Source: Candidatus Latescibacterota bacterium
Lineage (GTDB): Bacteria > Latescibacterota > UBA2968 > GCA-2709665
NCBI GenBank assembly: GCA_965222075.1
Contig: OZ244937.1
Location: 1,664,001-1,728,000 of the forward strand
Direction: 5' to 3'
DNA length: 64,000 bases
The notes beneath the pieces are model-generated. The model had not been told where the DNA came from, did not search any database, and was given only the letters and a program-made list of their open reading frames with translations. Numbering within the stretch: position 1 is the first letter of the stretch; each line of letters begins with the position of its first letter. This document shows positions 39,653 through 49,343 of the stretch, piece by piece. Position numbers and translations under genes: made by a program.

Positions 39653-40183
39653 TCAGGCCTCGATCTGCATGTGCAGCAGACATTCATCCTCGCAGATCGG
39701 GCACACTTCCAGGCCGTAACACAGCGCCTCCTCGTTCCGAAACGCCTCCAGGAACTGCCGCGCCATCGGCGTATCCGACAGCAGGAAACTCATAAAATGG
39801 AGCAGCTTCTCCCCGGTCTCCAGGCTCAGGAGGTGTTCGACCTTACAGGCGTCGACCTCCGCCTGCTGTTCCCCCACGTGCAACACATCCTTCAGGAATT
39901 TCCTGACAATCGCCCGTTTGGCCATCACCAGATCCACAATCCGCTGCGCCTCTTCGGACAGCCGCAGGAACTTGTTCTGGTCTTCCAAAACGTAATGCTT
40001 TCGTTTTAAAGCCTTTAGCGTAAGCGAGGCGCTCCCCCTGGTAATATCCAAATACCTCGCCACATCCGAAACCCGGGCGTATCCCTGCCGCTCCGCCAAC
40101 TCGCTGATTGCCGCAAGGTGGTGGGCCACACTGTGGGTAATCTCATTGTCCTCAAACGCTTTCCACACCCCCGAAGATGACAT
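39653..40183 (-). CDS. DtxR/MntR-family regulator with a Cys-rich tail
   Basis: HHLAAI..GYARVSDVA, DACKVEH, CPICEDEC. Confidence 0.85.
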   Translation of the reverse strand: MSSSGVWKAFEDNEITHSVAHHLAAISELAERQGYARVSDVARYLDITRGSASLTLKALKRKHYVLEDQNKFLRLSEEAQRIVDLVMAKRAIVRKFLKDVLHVGEQQAEVDACKVEHLLSLETGEKLLHFMSFLLSDTPMARQFLEAFRNEEALCYGLEVCPICEDECLLHMQIEA

Positions 40184-40222
40184 GGAAGCCCCCTTTCCCC
40201 TACAAAGATGACTGTTTAATCA

Positions 40223-40252
40223 ACCAGATGTTTTGTTAATAAAACATCTGGT
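40223..40252. promoter_or_regulatory. Perfect 12-6-12 palindrome, candidate operator of the second feo operon
   Basis: ACCAGATGTTTT-gttaat-AAAACATCTGGT. Confidence 0.65.
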
Positions 40253-40408
40253 ATAGAATATAAACAATATCCATCGGACATGTCAAGGGGAATTTGTAAC
40301 AAAGCCGTAACAATCGTCCAGGCGCTGCCTGTGTATTGCCCCCTTGACTTTACCCCGAATTTTTTGTATACCTGTCAATGAATATTTTTCGTTGAGGAGT
40401 TTCCCCCC

Positions 40409-43159
40409 ATGCCTCCAACCTTCGACTTCGATCAAATCGGCCGGCTTCCTGCGTCGAGTGACAACGTGGCCATTGCGACCCGGAAGCTGGATGCGGGCGA
40501 CCGGGTCACCTGTCTGCCTGCTTGCGCGCTGCGCGCAGGCAAGCGTGCTCCGCACAGGCAGGTCTGCAAAAACACGCGCTTCACCCTCAGCCACACCATC
40601 CTGGAAGGGCATCGCTTTGCCGTGCATCCGATTGCCGCTGGTGAGGCCCTCCTCTCCTGGGGCCTGCCCTTTGGCATCGCCACCCGTGCAATCGGGCCGG
40701 GCGACTACGCCTGCAACCCCCAGATCCTTGAAGCCCTCCGCTTGCGAAACCTCGACTTCGAACTCCCCTCCAGGCCCAATTTCCAGGACCGGATCGAACC
40801 CTGCGTGCTGGATGAACAGCGCCTCAAACCGGGGGTGCAGGTCTCTTCCTACCCCCAACCCCGCACCTTTAAAGGCTACCGCCGGGCCCCCTCGCGGGGT
40901 GTGGGCACCCGCAATAACATCGTCATCCTGGGGACCACCTCACGCACCGCCAGCTTCGCCAGACGGCTGGAAGAGCGCCTGAAGGGGCTGTCGGACGCTT
41001 ATGAGAACATCGACAACATCGTCGCCGTCGCCCACACCGAAGGCGGCGGTGGGGAACGTCCCAACAACCTCGACCTCCTGCTGCGCACCCTGGCCGGCTT
41101 TATTGTCCACCCCAATGTGGGAGCGGTGCTGGCGGTCGACTACGGAACCGAACCCCTGACCAACAAAATGCTCCGAACCTGCATGGAAGCAGAGGGCTAC
41201 CCCCTGCGGGAGGTCGTGCACGAATTCTTAACCCTCAAAGGCGGCTTTCAGGAAAACCTGGACATGGGTGAAGCCATCGTCAAGGGGTGGCTCGACACGG
41301 TCAACCGCACCTCCCGCACCGACGAGTCGGCCGCGCACCTGAAAATCGCCCTCCAGTGCGGGGGGTCGGACGCCTTCTCGGGCATCTCCGGCAACCCCCT
41401 CGTCGCCTGGGTCGCCCGGGAAACCATCCGCTACGGAGGGTGCGCCAACCTGGCCGAGACCGATGAACTGATCGGCGCGGAGTCTTACATCCTCCAAAAC
41501 GTCAAAGACCTCGACACGGCCCGGCGGTTTCTGGATACGATACAGCACTACAAAGACCTGGCCGCCTGGCACGGTACTACGGCTGAGGGCAACCCCTCCG
41601 GCGGCAACAAATTCAGGGGGCTTTACAACATCGTTCTCAAATCGATCGGCGCGGCCCAGAAGCGCCATCCGGACATCCGCTTAGACGAAGTCATCGCCTA
41701 CGCCGAACCGATGCGCGCCCCCGGCTACTATTTTATGGACAGCCCTGGAAACGACCTGGAAAGCGTTGCAGGGCAGGTCGCCTCGGGGTGCAACATGATC
41801 TTCTTCGTCACCGGCAACGGCTCCATCACCAACTTCCCCTTTGTGCCCACCCTCAAAATCATCACCACCACCGCCCGCTACGACCTCCTCTCCAACGAAA
41901 TGGACGTCAACGCCGGCGCCTACCTGGACGGCACACCGATGGACGACCTGGGCCGGCAGATGCTGGGCCTCACCTTAGACGTGGCCTCCGGCGCCCTCAG
42001 CAAAGGGGAACGGGCAGGGCACGCCCAGGTCTCCCTCTGGAGAAACTGGCGGCAGACCGACACCCGCGACCTGGAGCGCCTGCTCGCCCTCCCCCGGCCC
42101 GGGGGCGTCCCCATCCCGATCCGGACCGACCCTCGGCACAGCGCCCTGACCTTCAACGCCATCCACACCCCGAAAGGCCCCACGACCGACCGGATCGGCC
42201 TCATCCTGCCCACCAGCCTCTGCTCGGGTCAGATCGCCCGGATGGGCGCCGAACGCCTCACGCAGAAGGGCCTGGGCTGCGCGCAGGGCATCTCCCGCTT
42301 CGTGGCCCTGGCGCACACCGAAGGCTGCGGGGTTGCGGGCGAATCGGCCGAGCGCTTCTACAACCGCACCATGCTCGGCTACCTCACCCACCCCCTCGTC
42401 GCCTGCGGCCTCCTCCTCGAACACGGATGCGAAAAAACCCACAACGACTACATGCGCCACGAGCTTGAAGCCCTCAGCATCGATCCTGCCACCTTCGGCT
42501 GGGCCAGCGTGCAGCTGGACGGCGGCATCGAACGCGTCCTCCAAAAAGTGGAAGCCTGGTTCGCCTCCCAACTCGCCCGTGAAGGCGCCCCTCTTGAAGA
42601 ACCGGCAGGCTTAGACGCCCTCCGCCTGGGCCTGCTCACCTCCGGCCCCCTCTCCGACACCGCAGCCCGGAGCCTGGCCGGGCTCACGCGCACCCTGGTT
42701 GGCGCCGGCGGCACCGTCATCGTCCCCGAAACCGCCGGCCTCCTCGCCTCGCCCCCTTACCTGAAAAGCACGCTTGGAGACCGTCCGCCGGGCGCCTCGC
42801 TGGGCCACGGGCAACGGGCGGAGGCCCCCGGCTTCTACATCATGGAAACCCAGACCGACCACTGGGTGGAAATCCTCACCGGCCTGGGGGCCACCGGCGT
42901 CGAAATCCTCCTGGCACACACCGCAGAACACCCCATGCAGGGCCACCCTCTCCTGCCCATGCTCCAGGTCACCGCCTCAACGCGGGCCGTCTACGGCGGC
43001 GACATCGATCTCTATCTGGGAGAAAACCCTGCCGAAAACGTCGACGGGATACTCCGCCTGATCCTGAGCGTCGCCTCCCGGACCTGTACGCCCAGGGCCA
43101 ATATTCAGGGCAACACCGATTTCCAGTTTACCCGGGGGCTGCTGGGCGTTTCGATGTAG
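40409..43159 (+). CDS. UxaA/GarD-family sugar-acid dehydratase, extended form
   Basis: DNVAIA SAF domain, GVGTRN, HTEGGG, QCGGSDAFSGISGNP; second HTEGCG module. Confidence 0.85.
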   Translation: MPPTFDFDQIGRLPASSDNVAIATRKLDAGDRVTCLPACALRAGKRAPHRQVCKNTRFTLSHTILEGHRFAVHPIAAGEALLSWGLPFGIATRAIGPGDYACNPQILEALRLRNLDFELPSRPNFQDRIEPCVLDEQRLKPGVQVSSYPQPRTFKGYRRAPSRGVGTRNNIVILGTTSRTASFARRLEERLKGLSDAYENIDNIVAVAHTEGGGGERPNNLDLLLRTLAGFIVHPNVGAVLAVDYGTEPLTNKMLRTCMEAEGYPLREVVHEFLTLKGGFQENLDMGEAIVKGWLDTVNRTSRTDESAAHLKIALQCGGSDAFSGISGNPLVAWVARETIRYGGCANLAETDELIGAESYILQNVKDLDTARRFLDTIQHYKDLAAWHGTTAEGNPSGGNKFRGLYNIVLKSIGAAQKRHPDIRLDEVIAYAEPMRAPGYYFMDSPGNDLESVAGQVASGCNMIFFVTGNGSITNFPFVPTLKIITTTARYDLLSNEMDVNAGAYLDGTPMDDLGRQMLGLTLDVASGALSKGERAGHAQVSLWRNWRQTDTRDLERLLALPRPGGVPIPIRTDPRHSALTFNAIHTPKGPTTDRIGLILPTSLCSGQIARMGAERLTQKGLGCAQGISRFVALAHTEGCGVAGESAERFYNRTMLGYLTHPLVACGLLLEHGCEKTHNDYMRHELEALSIDPATFGWASVQLDGGIERVLQKVEAWFASQLAREGAPLEEPAGLDALRLGLLTSGPLSDTAARSLAGLTRTLVGAGGTVIVPETAGLLASPPYLKSTLGDRPPGASLGHGQRAEAPGFYIMETQTDHWVEILTGLGATGVEILLAHTAEHPMQGHPLLPMLQVTASTRAVYGGDIDLYLGENPAENVDGILRLILSVASRTCTPRANIQGNTDFQFTRGLLGVSM
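40509..40562. repeat. Nested pair of palindromic elements (54 bp, in frame) inside the UxaA-family gene
   Basis: CCTGTCTG[CCTGCTTGCGCGCTGCGCGCAGGCAAG]CGTGCTCCGCACAGGCAGG. Confidence 0.8.
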
Positions 43160-43292
43160 ATCTGAAATTCCAATGGACCTGCACATTACTTTTCACCTGA
43201 CTTTTTGGTGAGCATTGTCTATATTTATTCTAACTGAAGATAATGTGACAGAAGTAATACTGTTACTGATAATACGCTTACCAGGGAGACAC

Positions 43293-43523
43293 ATGATGCG
43301 AGTGACAACCAAAGGTCAGGTGACCATACCTCAACATATACGGGAAAAAATGGGAATTACATCAGATACCGAGGTTGAATTTATAGAAGAAGAAAAACGC
43401 GTCTATCTGGTCAAAAAAACGTCACCTGTCCCGAAAAACAGCAGATTTCGGCGTTTCCGGGGGATTGCCACGGTCAAGATGTCCACCGATGAAATTCTGG
43501 CTTTAACCAGGAGCGATGAGTGA
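43293..43523 (+). CDS. AbrB/MazE-type antitoxin
   Basis: MRVTTKGQVTIP..IR..GI. Confidence 0.9.
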   Translation: MMRVTTKGQVTIPQHIREKMGITSDTEVEFIEEEKRVYLVKKTSPVPKNSRFRRFRGIATVKMSTDEILALTRSDE

Positions 43524-43930
43524 CCGGGGTACTTGTTGATTCCAGCGTCATACTGGACGTGTTTGAAGACGACCCGAATTGGGCCGACTGGTCTGAATCC
43601 ACGCTATACCGCCATAGCATGACAGGCCCGCTGTATGTCAATCCCATTATATATTCGGAAGTCTCTATAGGCTTTGCACGTATTGAAGAATTGGAAGCGT
43701 CAATCACCGGATGTGGTCTTCAAATTATAGAGATGCCTAAAGAAGCCCTCTTTCTTGCGGGCAAGGCATTTGTCAACTACAGAAGACGCGGAGGCGCGAA
43801 AACATCTCTGTTACCGGACTTTTTCATCGGTGCGCACGCTGCGGTTGCCGGATTGAAGCTCCTGACCAGAGATACATCGCGGGTCAAAACCTATTTTCCA
43901 ACGGTTGAGTTGATTTCTCCACAGACATAA
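43520..43930 (+). CDS. vapC: PIN-domain toxin
   Basis: LVDSSVILD, IIYSE, PDFFIGAHA, LLTRD; overlaps the antitoxin stop. Confidence 0.9.
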   Translation: MTGVLVDSSVILDVFEDDPNWADWSESTLYRHSMTGPLYVNPIIYSEVSIGFARIEELEASITGCGLQIIEMPKEALFLAGKAFVNYRRRGGAKTSLLPDFFIGAHAAVAGLKLLTRDTSRVKTYFPTVELISPQT

Positions 43931-44031
43931 TATTCCCGCAACAAGGCCCTGAAGCATGCCTTCCCCAGGGTCTCGCTTTATGATCTGACTGCCGGTTCTC
44001 AGACTCGCCGGTCCGGTCGCACTCGTCCGCG

Positions 44032-44319
44032 CTACTCCTCCGCAATCCACTTCTGCATCGCCTCCACGATCTTCTTCCCCTGTTTCATACTCGAAATATT
44101 GAACTTGCTCCGGGGCAGATAGATCCCGTCCCGCTTCTGGTAGCGCCGGATCGTCACCTTCTTCGGGCCGTACTCCCCTGTTCTCCGGTCCAGATCCTGA
44201 TAGAGGAATATCACCGTGGCCCATGCCCCTCTGGACAGCACGTACCGGTCCACCTCCTTACAGAGCAGAACCCCATCCTCTTTGTAATTAATCGACAGGC
44301 CATCCACTGTTTCCGCCAT
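44032..44319 (-). CDS. Small hypothetical protein
   Basis: 95-aa ORF with protein-like composition (VLSRGAWAT...IRRYQKR..SKFNISS). Confidence 0.7.
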   Translation of the reverse strand: MAETVDGLSINYKEDGVLLCKEVDRYVLSRGAWATVIFLYQDLDRRTGEYGPKKVTIRRYQKRDGIYLPRSKFNISSMKQGKKIVEAMQKWIAEE

Positions 44320-44583
44320 AAAGCTTGGGCGAGCAAGAAAAAGGCCAAGAGTCCTTACAACAACAGTCGGACCCGGGTATCTAAGGTTATTTGCCAGGCG
44401 GCTTCTCAGGCTTAATCTTCTGAAAAATAATAGGAATTATGAAGAAATAAGGCAAGCATAATAGCTGCAAGACGCCCCTGCGGCCCACAATACCGCCTGC
44501 ATTTAAACGTTGCCAGCCAGTGCAAAAAGACGTTATCTTGCTCCCGCACCCTCTTCTCCAACCTCTCCATCAGGAGGCCACCC

Positions 44584-45447
44584 ATGCGCCTCGGCATCGT
44601 CGGCATGCTCCCGGGCGATTTTCGCACGTTCACGGACGATCACTTCCACGCCATCCGGAACCTGGGCTTCACCGGCGCCGGCTTTCACTTTCCGGGCGAC
44701 CTGATCAACCAGACCGCCCCGGAAGATGCGGCCCGCTGCAAAGGCCGGTTTGCCGCCCACCGCATCGATCTCGCCCAGTTCGCCATCACCTACGGCGACT
44801 GCCTCTTCGACCCCGATCCGGATGCGCGGCAGGCTGCTGTGCAAAAGATCGCCCGGGGGGCCGAAATCGCCGCGCAACTCAACGCCCAGACCTACCTCAT
44901 CCGCCCCGGCAGCCTCAACCCCGCAGGCCCCTGGACGCCCCACCGGGACAATCATCGGCCCGACGCGATGGAGCGCCTCATCGAAACCCTCAAAACGATC
45001 CTTCCCCACCTCGAAGCCGAAGGCGTCACCGCGGTCCTGGAAACCCATGCCATCTCCATCCTCAACACCCCCGAAACCTGCCGTTCCATCGTCGAAGCCG
45101 TAAACAGCCCCCGCCTCCGGCTCGTCATGGACCCTGTCAACCACTTCGAGTCTCTCCGGCAGGTCTACGCCGGCGCCGACCGCCTCAACCACATCTTCGA
45201 CCTGATGGGTGCCCTCTCCCCGGTCTGCCACGTCAAAGACATCGCCGCCGGCAACCGCCTCGTGATCCACCTGGACGAAACCGTCCCCGGCGAGGGCGAA
45301 CTCGACATGGCCCTCCTCCTCCACCGCTTCCACACCGCCCACCCCGATGGCTACGCCCTCATCGAGCACCTCGGCCCGGACCAGATCCCCACAGCCGCGG
45401 AAAACGTCCGCCGCATCGCCGCCGGGGCCGGCATCCCCATTCACTGA
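44584..45447 (+). CDS. Sugar phosphate isomerase/epimerase (AP_endonuc_2 TIM barrel)
   Basis: LETH, MDPVN, CHVKD, PGEGELD, IEH. Confidence 0.85.
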   Translation: MRLGIVGMLPGDFRTFTDDHFHAIRNLGFTGAGFHFPGDLINQTAPEDAARCKGRFAAHRIDLAQFAITYGDCLFDPDPDARQAAVQKIARGAEIAAQLNAQTYLIRPGSLNPAGPWTPHRDNHRPDAMERLIETLKTILPHLEAEGVTAVLETHAISILNTPETCRSIVEAVNSPRLRLVMDPVNHFESLRQVYAGADRLNHIFDLMGALSPVCHVKDIAAGNRLVIHLDETVPGEGELDMALLLHRFHTAHPDGYALIEHLGPDQIPTAAENVRRIAAGAGIPIH

Positions 45448-45549
45448 GCATCCCCCCTTCCCCTTTTTAACCCCTTGACGTTCCCTCCAATGCTGACCAT
45501 ATTAGGGGAAAACGCGTCTCTCTTTTCACAAATCCCTCAGGAGCAGCCC

Positions 45550-46407
45550 ATGCAACCCGAACTCATTGCCGACTACCGGTGTGAAACAGGCGAAGGCCCC
45601 CTCTGGCACCCCATGGAAAAACGGCTCTACTGGGCAGATATCCCTGCAGGCCGGATATTTCGCTACGATCCCGCAACCGGGCACCACGAGCAGTGCTATG
45701 AAGGCGATATTGTCGGCGGATTTACGCTCCAGGCCGACGGTTCCCTCCTCCTCTTCATGGACAGAGGCGCGGTCAAAATCTGGCGGGATGGAGAATTGAC
45801 CACGGTCCTGGAAGACATCTTCGAAGAGCGGGCAACCCGTTTTAACGACGTCATCGCCGACCCTGCGGGCCGGGTCTTCTGCGGCACCATGTCCACCCCG
45901 GACCGGCCGGGCCGGCTCTATCGCCTGGACGCCGACGGCGATTACACCCGGGTGGTGGACAACGTCGGCGTGTCCAACGGGCTGGGCTTTACCCCAGACC
46001 GCAAGCAGATGTATTACACCGACTCGACCGCCGGGAAAATCTACCTTTTCGACTACGATGAAAAAACCGGCGACATCGCCAACCAGCAGGTCTTCGCCCG
46101 GGTCCCTCCCCAGGAGGGCATCCCCGATGGCATGACCGTAGACGCCCTTGGCCACGTCTGGTCCGCCCGCTGGGACGGGAGCTGCCTGGTCCGCTACACG
46201 CCGGGTGGTATTGAGGAACGCCGCATCCTCTTTCCGGTCAAAAAGGTCTCCAGCGTCACCTTCGGCGGCAGTGATTACACCGACATGTACGTCACCACGG
46301 CGGGTGGAGACAACAAACCGGAAGAAGGCGAAGGCGCCGGGGCCCTCTTCCGGCTCAACCTGGGCATTCGAGGCGTAGAAGAGTTTTATTCCCGAATCGG
46401 CCTCTGA
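45550..46407 (+). CDS. SMP-30/gluconolactonase family protein
   Basis: GEGPLW, RFND..DPAGR, SNGLGF, PDGMTVD. Confidence 0.92.
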   Translation: MQPELIADYRCETGEGPLWHPMEKRLYWADIPAGRIFRYDPATGHHEQCYEGDIVGGFTLQADGSLLLFMDRGAVKIWRDGELTTVLEDIFEERATRFNDVIADPAGRVFCGTMSTPDRPGRLYRLDADGDYTRVVDNVGVSNGLGFTPDRKQMYYTDSTAGKIYLFDYDEKTGDIANQQVFARVPPQEGIPDGMTVDALGHVWSARWDGSCLVRYTPGGIEERRILFPVKKVSSVTFGGSDYTDMYVTTAGGDNKPEEGEGAGALFRLNLGIRGVEEFYSRIGL

Positions 46408-46419
46408 GAGGAACGCAAA

Positions 46420-47124
46420 ATGTGTGGACGCTTTACGCTTGCCACCCCGGCGGATGACCTCCAGCAGGCCTTCCCCGGATTCGCCTTTCCGGACGAGATG
46501 CCCCTCCGCTACAACATCGCGCCGAGCCTGGAGGTTGCCCTGGTCCCCAACAACGGGGAAAACCGGGTGCAGCACTTCCGGTGGGGCCTTGTCCCCCCCT
46601 GGGCGAAAGACCCCAAAATCGGCAACCGGATGATCAATGCACGCTCGGAAACCCTGGCCGAGAAGCCCTCCTTCCGGACCGCCTTCCGAAAACGGCGGTG
46701 CCTCATCCTGGCGGACGGCTTCTATGAATGGCGCAAACATCCGGGCGTCAGCGCCAAAACGCCTGTTTACATCCGGCTACAATCCGGCAAATCCTTTGCC
46801 TTCGCCGGCCTCTGGGAATCCTGGAAACAGCCCGACGCCCCCCCCCTCCTCTCCTGCACGATTATCACCACAGAGCCAAATGCGCTCGTAGAAAAAATCC
46901 ACAGCCGGATGCCCGTTATTCTCCCCCCCGGGGCCTACGACCAATGGCTCGACCCGGCCGAACAGCAACCGGACCGGTTGGCAGACCTGCTCAAACCCTA
47001 TCCCGATTCGGAAATGACGGCCTACCCGGTCTCCACCTTAGTCAACAACCCCAGGGCGGACACGCTTGCGTGCATCAAGCCTGTGGAAACGCAGGCGCAA
47101 CCCGACCAGCCGTCGCTTTTTTAA
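46420..47124 (+). CDS. SOS response-associated peptidase (SRAP/YedK)
   Basis: MCGRF, YNIAP, INARSET, GFYEW, IHSRMP. Confidence 0.93.
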   Translation: MCGRFTLATPADDLQQAFPGFAFPDEMPLRYNIAPSLEVALVPNNGENRVQHFRWGLVPPWAKDPKIGNRMINARSETLAEKPSFRTAFRKRRCLILADGFYEWRKHPGVSAKTPVYIRLQSGKSFAFAGLWESWKQPDAPPLLSCTIITTEPNALVEKIHSRMPVILPPGAYDQWLDPAEQQPDRLADLLKPYPDSEMTAYPVSTLVNNPRADTLACIKPVETQAQPDQPSLF

Positions 47125-47149
47125 GCGGCAACTTGCAGGTCGGGAAGAC

Positions 47150-47182
47150 AGAAGCCGGGATTGGGTTATCCCGGCTTTCTTT
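47150..47182. terminator. Intrinsic terminator between convergent genes
   Basis: AGAAGCCGGGAT-tgggtt-ATCCCGGCTTTCTTT. Confidence 0.65.
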
Positions 47183-47230
47183 ATCACAGGCACCAGCTTT
47201 GTGGTAGGCGTCCATCACCGCACAAATTTT

Positions 47231-48019
47231 TCAAGCCCGCGCCAGGTCTACGTAGGCCCGGAACAGATCCGAGTAGTAGGCCACAAACATCCACAGATCC
47301 CCCACCCCCCGGTCCGCGCTGCGCTCGGCCTCAGCCGACATGTAGCCCTCGTAGCCCTTTTCGTGGAGCAGCCGGAACAGCTCCCGGTAGGGGTAGCCCT
47401 GTCCTGCCAGGTCGTGCATGTGGACATGATCCAGCCAGAACCAGACCGTATCCAGGGCCTTTTCGACCGACCCGTCCACCACATCCTGCGGCACCGAATT
47501 CCAGATCAGCCCGAAATTCTCGTGGTCCACCTGCTCGGCCACCGCCCTGCAGGCCTGCCAGTCGAACTCCCCGTGCAGTTCCAGGCTGGGCTTCACCCCT
47601 CTTTGCGTCCCGTAATCGCACAGCTCCCTCAGCGCCTCGGCCACCTGCGCAATCGTCCTCTCCCTGGACACCCCCTCCGGAAAATTGTTCCCGAACACCC
47701 GCACCCGGGGCGCTCCCAGGTCCGCTGCCAGGTCCATCCGGACCTTTGTTTCCTCAATATGTTTTCTGAGATCCCCAGCATCCGGATCGTGGTACCGGTT
47801 GCCCGTTGCCACACTCATAATCCTGATCCCCGCCACGGCGCAATCGGCCACCACCTGCTTCCGTTCCGCCTCATCGATCGACGCCTCCACCCCGTGTCCG
47901 TGGTTCGCGTCCGTGCGAAACTCCACCCCCTCAAACCCGTGGTCCTTCAACATCGCCAGCAGATCCGACCGCGACAAATCTTTCAGAACGCCATAGGTCA
48001 TCCACGATGGTTTCATCAT
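47231..48019 (-). CDS. Sugar phosphate isomerase/epimerase (TIM barrel)
   Basis: GFEGVEFR, APRVRVFG, LELHG, HVHMHD, SAE. Confidence 0.85.
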   Translation of the reverse strand: MMKPSWMTYGVLKDLSRSDLLAMLKDHGFEGVEFRTDANHGHGVEASIDEAERKQVVADCAVAGIRIMSVATGNRYHDPDAGDLRKHIEETKVRMDLAADLGAPRVRVFGNNFPEGVSRERTIAQVAEALRELCDYGTQRGVKPSLELHGEFDWQACRAVAEQVDHENFGLIWNSVPQDVVDGSVEKALDTVWFWLDHVHMHDLAGQGYPYRELFRLLHEKGYEGYMSAEAERSADRGVGDLWMFVAYYSDLFRAYVDLARA

Positions 48020-48870
48020 ATCCTCCTTTCCTTAGTTCCTTGAATCCGTTAGCCAGGTATGTCATTCCCTAAGAATACGCTCATTTTTCAGATCCGTCCA
48101 CAACTTTCTGATATACCTCTCTGATCCGGGGGGCAAACTCCCACTTTTTTGCTTGACAGCGTAGAGCAGTTTGCCATAATATTTCTAATAGACCGTTTGT
48201 TATGATGGATTATTTTTTTATCAGAAAATGATTGTCTGAAAATTGATTATTCTTGAGAGGCTAATCTCGCATCAGGGCGTTCCGGGATCGCAGGTTGCAG
48301 ATGTTTGACATGAGGGGGACACACCATGTGGAGTACCGTCGTGGGACGGCTCTTTCCGGTAATCGTCGACGGTCTTATCTCCGCTTGCTCGCTTGCGAGG
48401 GACTCGACCGCAGTCCGAACAGAGCGCGCGGTTCCGTCGACCGCCCAACATCGATATCCACCTTCGCTGGCAGGGCGAAAGATTCTGTGGATACGTCAGA
48501 GATATTCGCGCTGTGCATATCGACGGCGCCGCGCGAGAAATCCCTTGTTCCGGTTGACGAAATCGAATATACTCATGTTCGCCCTTTTGTCGCCTCCAAC
48601 CCGCCGCGATGCGCCCATCTCGTTGGGTTCGAACGTGTCGCTCTTTTACCCTGCGCAATCGCCGCGTCTTTTGTACAGTAGTTGTCATGCGCCCTTTGGG
48701 GCACCCATTAGGATGAAAATAGCTGCCTGCAGACTTGTGCTGTAACCGTACACGCCCTCTCACGCATCTCGCCGTGCGATCCCCCCACCGGCGCGCCTGC
48801 GGGCTGGCGCCCCGCAACCAAGGGGGGAGTAATGGTGGCCACGGTGAATTTGCTGCAGCCGTCGCCTGGT

Positions 48871-49236
48871 GGGCAACCACGAGGGTTGCCCCTACAAATG
48901 CAACGGCGTGGACAACCACGAGGGGTGCCCACGCAAATGCTGCGGGGCGGAAGGGGCTTTTCCGCGCAGATCCCCCAAGCACTTCGCCCAAAAACGCCCC
49001 AAAGGTCCGCTGGGCACAACCGCCTGCTGCCACCACAGGGTCAGTTCGCGGAAAAGCAGCCCCCGCGGCGTTTGAGCGGCCTGCCTGCAGCGCGGTGCGC
49101 CGGCCTGTGCGTCGCACGCAGACAGGCCCAGGCAGGCGCGGCCTTTTTCCTGGGCGAGCAACGAACGTCAACCTGCCGCCACCTCCTCCGCCTTTCTCCC
49201 CCTTTCCTCTCAGGAAAGGGGGCCGGGGGGATAGGT
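48871..49236. repeat. Cluster of several REP-like palindrome classes
   Basis: GGGCAACCACGAGGGTTGCCCCTAC, GGACAACCACGAGGGGTGCCC, nested CCTGCCTG element 49080-49136, CCCCCTTTCCT-ctc-AGGAAAGGGGG. Confidence 0.7.
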
Positions 49237-49343
49237 CACTATACCGCAACACATCCACCGGGTTCGCCCGCGCCGCACGGACCGCTTAAACCCAATAAAA
49301 ACAACAAGTTCGGTTGCAATCTGAAAGGTTATTTTCTAAGTAG

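Noticed and set aside
44320-44583. Possible riboswitch or small RNA in the divergent intergenic region
   Set aside because: No recognisable consensus; would need a covariance-model search
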